This document shows positions 56,506 to 64,000 of a DNA stretch of 64,000 nt, in pieces (position 1 is the stretch's first letter; the number at the start of each line of letters is the position of its first letter). A model generated the notes under the pieces. That model did no database searches. It saw nothing but the letters and a program-made list of their open reading frames with translations, and had not been told where the DNA came from. A program made the position numbers and the translations under genes. The stretch comes from Octopus vulgaris (Eukaryota): contig OX597832.1 of NCBI GenBank assembly GCA_951406725.2, positions 39,060,001 to 39,124,000 on the forward strand. The letters are read 5' to 3'.

Positions 56506-57192
56506 TTGGTGTACTAACAGTGTACACATACATAGTATGTATGAGGTAGAAAAGGATTGGTGTACGCGTGATCACAGTTTGCTATATTTTGACCAAATTT
56601 TGTTTTTGCTGATACTGTGGCAACGGGAATATATCTGAAATTCTAGAATGTTCACTCCTCAATCTAAATCAATATATGGAGTCTCCCTCGATCCCTGAAA
56701 CTAAATTAGAATATAGATAAAGAAATGAAAAATGAATTTTAATAAAACTTCAACAAGGAATGAACATTTTAAAGGGGATGCATATTTATTCTTTTGGAAA
56801 ATATTTTCCCACAATTTTTACGCCATATAAAATCTGAATTATGAAAAAAAACCTTCTTAACAACTACTTTACATCAATTTCTCTAAATAGCTTAGCTGCA
56901 TCGGCAACTCGTCATTGTGTAGAAAATGTTAAGAATTTGAAATGGAAAGGAAAAAATAAACTTAAAACTAATATTTTTATTTCTTCTTATATTTGAAGAA
57001 TCCCAAATCAGGTATTTCGTTTTCTTGTATTAAACAATTTAATTTCGTAATTTTACAATGAACAACTGTATGTATGAGAACAAGAAAAACGGCGAAGCAT
57101 ATTGATTGACAGACAAGCAGGCAAGCAGACAAGCAGACAGGCCGGCAAATAGGCTAACGTAGAGAAATACAATGTCAAAGACAGACAGATGC

Positions 57193-57249
<57 letters not shown>

Positions 57250-57256
57250 AAGAGGG

Positions 57257-57325
<69 letters not shown>

Positions 57326-58423
57326 TGTTTCTTTATTAGCCACACAGGGCTGCACACAGATAGAACAAATTACAAGGTAGAGCTTTTCTTTTGAAGGTTT
57401 AAGAAAAAAAAAAAAAAAAAAAAGGAAGGGGGAGTTTCGATCAAAAGGATCGTAAAAGGAGAGAAAGAGGAAGGAGCAAAAAAAAGGGGGTTTAAAAAAA
57501 GGGGGGAGGAAAAAAATTGATCAATAGGGATCGTTATCACAGAAATGTCAATATGAAGTGTAAAGGGGAGGACAGGTGAGGTTTACCCGTGCAAAGAAAA
57601 GCCTACGGAAAAGACCACGGTAACCTCGGTCAATGATGTCACATTTTATGTTTCTTTTTTTTTTTTTTTGCAAATAAGCAACTCTCTGTTTTCGATTTCT
57701 GGGTTCATAGGACTATGCTCAAGGTGGCTTCGTCATTCATACGTGCCATTCTTGCTACATTCACCCATCTTTTTTTAAAACATTCGCTAGACAAAACTTG
57801 CCTCTCTACTCTCACTTTCCTTTTCAAGTGGTACTTGAAGAAGTTGATGAGAGATTGACCAGAGAGGAAAGTGTTTGTCTCCAATCCTTTCAGACGCGTC
57901 CACCAGATACATTCTTTCGCCATAGCCACAAGGATGATGAAAATAGCTCTTCCTTCCCGTTTGAAGGAAGGAGGCGTGACAATATTGACGATAGACTCAG
58001 CTGATAAACCGACTCGTCCCACACGTGACAGCAGTTGTTCGACATAAGCCCACAGGTCGGAAATTGTTGGACACTGAACGAGTGCGTGCAGAACGGTTTC
58101 GTCGCTCTGACCGCATCTCGGGCAGGTCGGCCCCGTGTTTCTCGAGCCGTGTCTGTAGAGCTTATCCCGAACGGGTAGCGCTTCTCGGTAGCACTGCCAG
58201 GCCAGGGATCTCTGGAAGTTGTCCATGGGCCCTGGCCCGAAAGTCGTCCTGAACAGGCGGGTCAGGTACTCCTCGTCGACGTCCAGGTTCGCCCCGAGCT
58301 CGTCGTCGTACCTCCCCTCCACTAAACCCCTATAGAATGCTTTGGTTGTGTTGAAGTCACTTAAGGTCGACCCAGGACGGCAGAGTTGCTTGAGAGCAAC
58401 GCGACACTCGCGGTGCCATTCGC
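57326..58423 (-). mobile_element. 5'-truncated Tx1/L1-clade LINE inserted in (GATA)n
   Basis: Uninterrupted frame 58421 to 57705 with TTKAFYRGL..LAWQCYREALPVRDKL..CPRCGQSDETVLHALVQC..LW..AKECIW (zf-RVT C-terminus of ORF2). Pyrimidine-rich 3' UTR. GATA arrays abut both ends. Confidence 0.9.
57705..58421 (-). CDS. ORF2 C-terminal fragment (zinc-binding domain in RT) of the Tx1-like element
   Basis: The only long non-microsatellite ORF in the track (205 aa); it stays open further upstream to the truncation point. Confidence 0.85.
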   Translation of the reverse strand, partial: EWHRECRVALKQLCRPGSTLSDFNTTKAFYRGLVEGRYDDELGANLDVDEEYLTRLFRTTFGPGPMDNFQRSLAWQCYREALPVRDKLYRHGSRNTGPTCPRCGQSDETVLHALVQCPTISDLWAYVEQLLSRVGRVGLSAESIVNIVTPPSFKREGRAIFIILVAMAKECIWWTRLKGLETNTFLSGQSLINFFKYHLKRKVRVERQVLSSECFKKRWVNVARMARMNDEATLSIVL

Positions 58424-58911
<488 letters not shown>

Positions 58912-58955
58912 GATAGGTAGATAGATAGATAGAGAGATAGAGAGAGAGAGAAAGG

Positions 58956-59031
<76 letters not shown>

Positions 59032-59040
59032 GAGAGAGGT

Positions 59041-59079
<39 letters not shown>

Positions 59080-59674
59080 TAAAAAGAGACATGAGTAAGG
59101 AAGAGGGCAAGTATACAGGTAGATAGGCAGTAACTAGGTGAATGAGTAAATTAACTAGACAGAATTTAATTACTATCAGTTGTAATTAACCTATATATGC
59201 CTATAAAAATTTTACTGATTAGACGTTATGGTAAGCTTTTACAATTTGGAAGAGGACAGTATGCTATTGTTAGCTACGGGTGTCGGCTACCTACTGGACA
59301 TTTCGAATGCTCTCTCAGATGCTTCCCAGTGAGTTCATGTTCAAACAAGAAGAAGCAGGTTTTGCGTTGCGAAAACGCAACCAGGGTTATATGTGGGTGT
59401 AAGAGCAACTATTGAATTCAAATTTTGGCACAGGACTAACAACTTAGGGGAAGGGTTAAGTCGATTACATCAATCCCACAATTCAACTGAGTTCGAGTCT
59501 CATAGCCGGACGCCAACACTTTTTTCTGCAAAATAGGGGTCGCTTATCCTGTTCAGGCTATATAATTAGCATTATCCAGCGTTTGAGAATTTAAAATCAC
59601 TTCTTTAACTTTTTAAGACATCTCAACGCTTCTAAAGCAAACTTCGTTTGCTTGTTTACGTTCATCGGAATTTG

Positions 59675-59716
<42 letters not shown>

Positions 59717-59941
59717 ATATGTTTTAACCACGACGAAAGCCTAATCATGGTAGAGAGACATGATAGACATAACAGCAGCGGAATCTTCCTCAATTCTTTA
59801 TTTAATAACCTATCTGTGTATAATGCAGCGACGCACATCTCAGTCTGTTAGCAAGAACTAAATGTAGGATGATATCTTCTGGCAAAAAGCGATTTGTGAA
59901 ACGCAAGTCAATGAAATGCATAGATAGATAGATAGAGAAAG

Positions 59942-60073
<132 letters not shown>

Positions 60074-60082
60074 TGATGAATG

Positions 60083-60147
<65 letters not shown>

Positions 60148-61457
60148 GCAGGCAGACAGACGGACGGACGGACGGATGAATGGATGGATGGAAAAATGCA
60201 CCATTGAACGGTCCACATTTTATAACACTGGGCATATTAAGTTACTTATTGGTGGAACAGAAGCCACAAATGCGGTCAAGCAGAGTTTTCTCTCAGATAC
60301 TAACCCTATATTAAATATGCAAGGAATGAATAATAGATATTTCTCTGTGTTCATTGGATATTGTATTATTTGTGTTTGCAAATAATAATTGCTTACTCAT
60401 TTAGATAGAGACAGCATGAGAGGCAAATTGGATTCGTTAGCTTCTTGTTAAGACCAATGCCGCTAATTACAATGACATCATCAAAAGAACACGACCAATC
60501 GTGTAATGTAGTGAAGTATTAATGACGGTATGTGATGTCGGATCTCCAGTGTGTGCGTGGTGGAACGTTCGGTGAAGTTTTGGAAAGGTTCAGATTCAAT
60601 ATTCTGGCAACCAGCGCATATTAAAGAAGAAAATCGTTTTATTCTTCTGTTGCTTGTTTTTGACCATCAAGCCAACGTCACCATCGTCGTCGTCGTCTTC
60701 GTCTTGATTATCGCCATCGTGACCTTAGTAGTTCTCATTATCATCAAAGTCAGCATATTGTTGTGTTGCTATAAAATTTGCTGTCCTTGGCGATGTCGAT
60801 ATTTTGTATTGCAGTTGTTATGGCTGTCATCATTGAAGTTTCTGTTGACGCTAAGCCCGAAGTTTCCGAAGTTGTTTTTGTAATTACTTGCCACAGCCAT
60901 TTGAGGTGGTTATGTCGATCGGTGGGTCGGTTGGGCGGTATCTGCCTAATTACATGTCTAATTAGAGCTACTTGGTGACAGATGTAGTGTAATTAAACAG
61001 CCTGGCAATCAAACCACAGTCAAAGTCTGCATTACAAACAGCGATACCAACAATACCATTAAAAGAGTAATTACAGATATATGGTTGATCCAGCTCTAAT
61101 TTCTATACAGTTTCAGATGCCACTATCGTCAACAAATGTTTTCATCATCATCATTACCACCATCATCATCATCATCACCATCACCATTAATATTATCATC
61201 TAAAATACACACACACTGATACACGTGTGAGCACGCAGATATATACACTCGCACACACACACATACATATGTATTTCTTTATTTTTCTTTAGCAAGAATA
61301 AAGTTGGCAATGACTTGGAGCTTTCGCACTGCTTCGCATTCATTGGACTGTGAAAGATAAGCAGACCGAAAGTTCTTGTTCAAGAATAATAAATATATTA
61401 TCTACAATAAGTATTGAGCGATCCTGCAGTTTAATGTACATACAAACAAAGATTTAC

Positions 61458-61928
<471 letters not shown>

Positions 61929-62269
61929 AACAAATACACACACATATATATATATATGAGTTTATATATATATATATATTAATATATATACACGTGTATA
62001 TATGTCTTTATTCAGTTATATTTCAAGATCTCTTGCCAGTAGAGAAAGAGCCGGTTTCAAACCTAGATCCAAGTCATCTTCAACGAAGTATCAACATCAA
62101 CGACAGGGAAAATTTAATTAAAAACGTTGTGTAATGCTATTCACGAAATGCCAGTGACAGCGCATGACATAAAAATGAAATCCGCAGAGGATAATTAACC
62201 TACAAGAACGAAAGAAATGTTGAAAAATAAGCAAAGTAAAAATACAAAAATGAATAATCTTTCACAATG

Positions 62270-63662
62270 CGATGATGTTTTAATGTACGCGTAAAAAGTG
62301 GTTGTACGAACTACACTACAAGGAGTATTGCAGGAATTCCACAGTGGACACACGGGAATGTTGAGAATGGAAACCTTAATGAGGAGTTGTATAGTTGCCG
62401 ACAAAGGAGCGGGACATTGAAAATTTAGAAAAATCATGTAGAGGTTATGCGCTAGCTGCCAAAGCACCATCAGTGAAATACCATTTGTGGCCTGAGAAAG
62501 ATAGACCGTGGTCCAGGGTACATATCGTCTACGCTGGACCAGTGAACGGCGCATAGTACCTAACTATAGTTGTTGATATCAGTACAAAGTGGCCAGAGAT
62601 ATGCAGGCGCAGTACGCCAACTGCAAAGACAACAATAAAGTTCCTGTATGAATTATTTGCTTGATACGGTGTTCCAGACACGTTGGTATCAGATAATGGA
62701 ACACAATTTACGGGATGTGAATTAAATAATTTCCGCAAAATATACGTGATATAGCATATTTTTACCCCGTTCTACAACCCGAGGTCAAACGGGCAGGTAG
62801 AAAGATTAGTTGATACATTCTAAAAAAGCAGGGAATGATGCAGGTAATGACGAAGTGCTAACTAAATTCTTGAGGGTATATAGAGTAACGCCTAATCCGA
62901 ATACTAGCTCAGGAAAGTCTCCGGCAGAGTTAATGTTTGCGCGAAAAATAAAATTGATCTTCGCTAGATTATTGCTAGGAAAAAATATATTTAAAGGAAA
63001 TGCAGAAAAGGCAACATTTTGTAGTAGGAGACAAAGTTCAGTTTAAAATTTACAAACATGGTAAAGAAGCCTGCGGTCGGAGTTTGTAGCTAAAAGATTA
63101 GGAAACATGATGTATGTAGTCAAAGGACAACGTTGGGAATATAAGCGACCTAAACCAGTTAAAGACGAAACACTGAAAAAAAAAACGAAAGAAAATACCA
63201 ATGGAAGTCTGCTATGACATGTTTGACGTGCCAACACCGAAAGAGATTGAGCCTCGAATAAGGAGTAGTAGAAAAGGAAACAGACAGTACATTTAGAAAT
63301 AATGCCAAAATGAAATTTAAGAAAAGAAAAAGAAAAAGAGGGCGGGACAGGTACTGAAAAAAATTTCACGAAATCTAAAAAGGTGAGATCTTGTGATGAG
63401 AGTCACAACGCTCCCTTGCGAGAAGTAGACCCGACCGAGTGATCGTAAATAGCAGCCGTCGGAGTGGAGATTGTGTGCTGTTAGCAGTGAATTCGGAAGG
63501 TGTTGGTTGGTTAGTTCATTTGGAATATTAATTGTTGATTCGTGAAGAGATTGTTGGAGCGTTACGTTGTTGTTACGGCTGCATCGTTATCTTGTTTACT
63601 CTCACTACACTGCTACAGTGTATCTAAACCATCCGTCACAATATCGTGGCGGTACCACGACA
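62270..63662 (+). mobile_element. Gypsy/Ty3 (Mag/K02A2.6-like) LTR retrotransposon relic: integrase, PPT and LTR
   Basis: EFHSGHTGM..PWSRVHIVYAGP..YGVPDTLVSDNGTQFT..NPRSNGQVER..FLRVYRVTPN..GKSPAELMF, with stops. Purine tract at 63377-63388. LTR ~63389-63662 ending CACGACA. Confidence 0.85.
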
Positions 63663-64000
63663 TTGGAGACGGAGGATACAACAGGTTCACAAATGGATAT
63701 TGGGTGAAAAGTTTAGTTGGTCAGCAAGTTTCTAACCGGTGTATAATTATTGTTGGTATTATATGATTACTTTCCCTTTGGGAAGGCATAAAAATTTGTG
63801 GACTGTGTCTTTATACGTATTTCTAAGATACGGTTGCTAGTACGGTTTCTTACAATAATATCTAAAGTATTTCAAACCTGTGTATATACTCATGTATGGG
63901 GCTTCATAAACCGAGTGCATATACGCATATACCAATAAATACTCAGACATAAACATCCATGCACACACACACCCACACACTCACACATACATACACTCAC

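Overview
This is eukaryotic, very AT-rich, microsatellite-dense DNA. Its SINE repertoire points to an octopus or other cephalopod genome (inference). The supplied ORF track is almost entirely microsatellite artefact. The real host content is two spliceable minus-strand exons (44744-44880 and 16038-16185, joined by a ~28.6 kb intron). They encode a cupredoxin-like C-terminal strand plus EGF repeats and resemble the N-terminus of Eyes shut (EYS); the second exon appears to use a GC splice donor. The rest is intronic and filled with mobile DNA: several tRNA-derived SINE families, Penelope-like element (PLE) relics, a young Tx1/L1-clade LINE inserted twice into (GATA)n, R4/Dong-like and HERO-like LINE relics, mariner, hAT, Helitron, Gypsy, MITEs, a 1.83 kb tandem duplication and several near-perfect fold-back palindromes. 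The most notable signals are: (1) a set of minimal type I hammerhead ribozymes, each with its own palindromic helix III and mostly in the sense of the host pre-mRNA; (2) a tRNA-headed SINE ending in a hammerhead; (3) a GATA-targeting Tx1 element whose 3' tail is shared with a SINE that seems to insert into its own family; (4) a highly structured 3' UTR on the HERO-like relic. All family assignments come from motif recognition by eye, with no database search.
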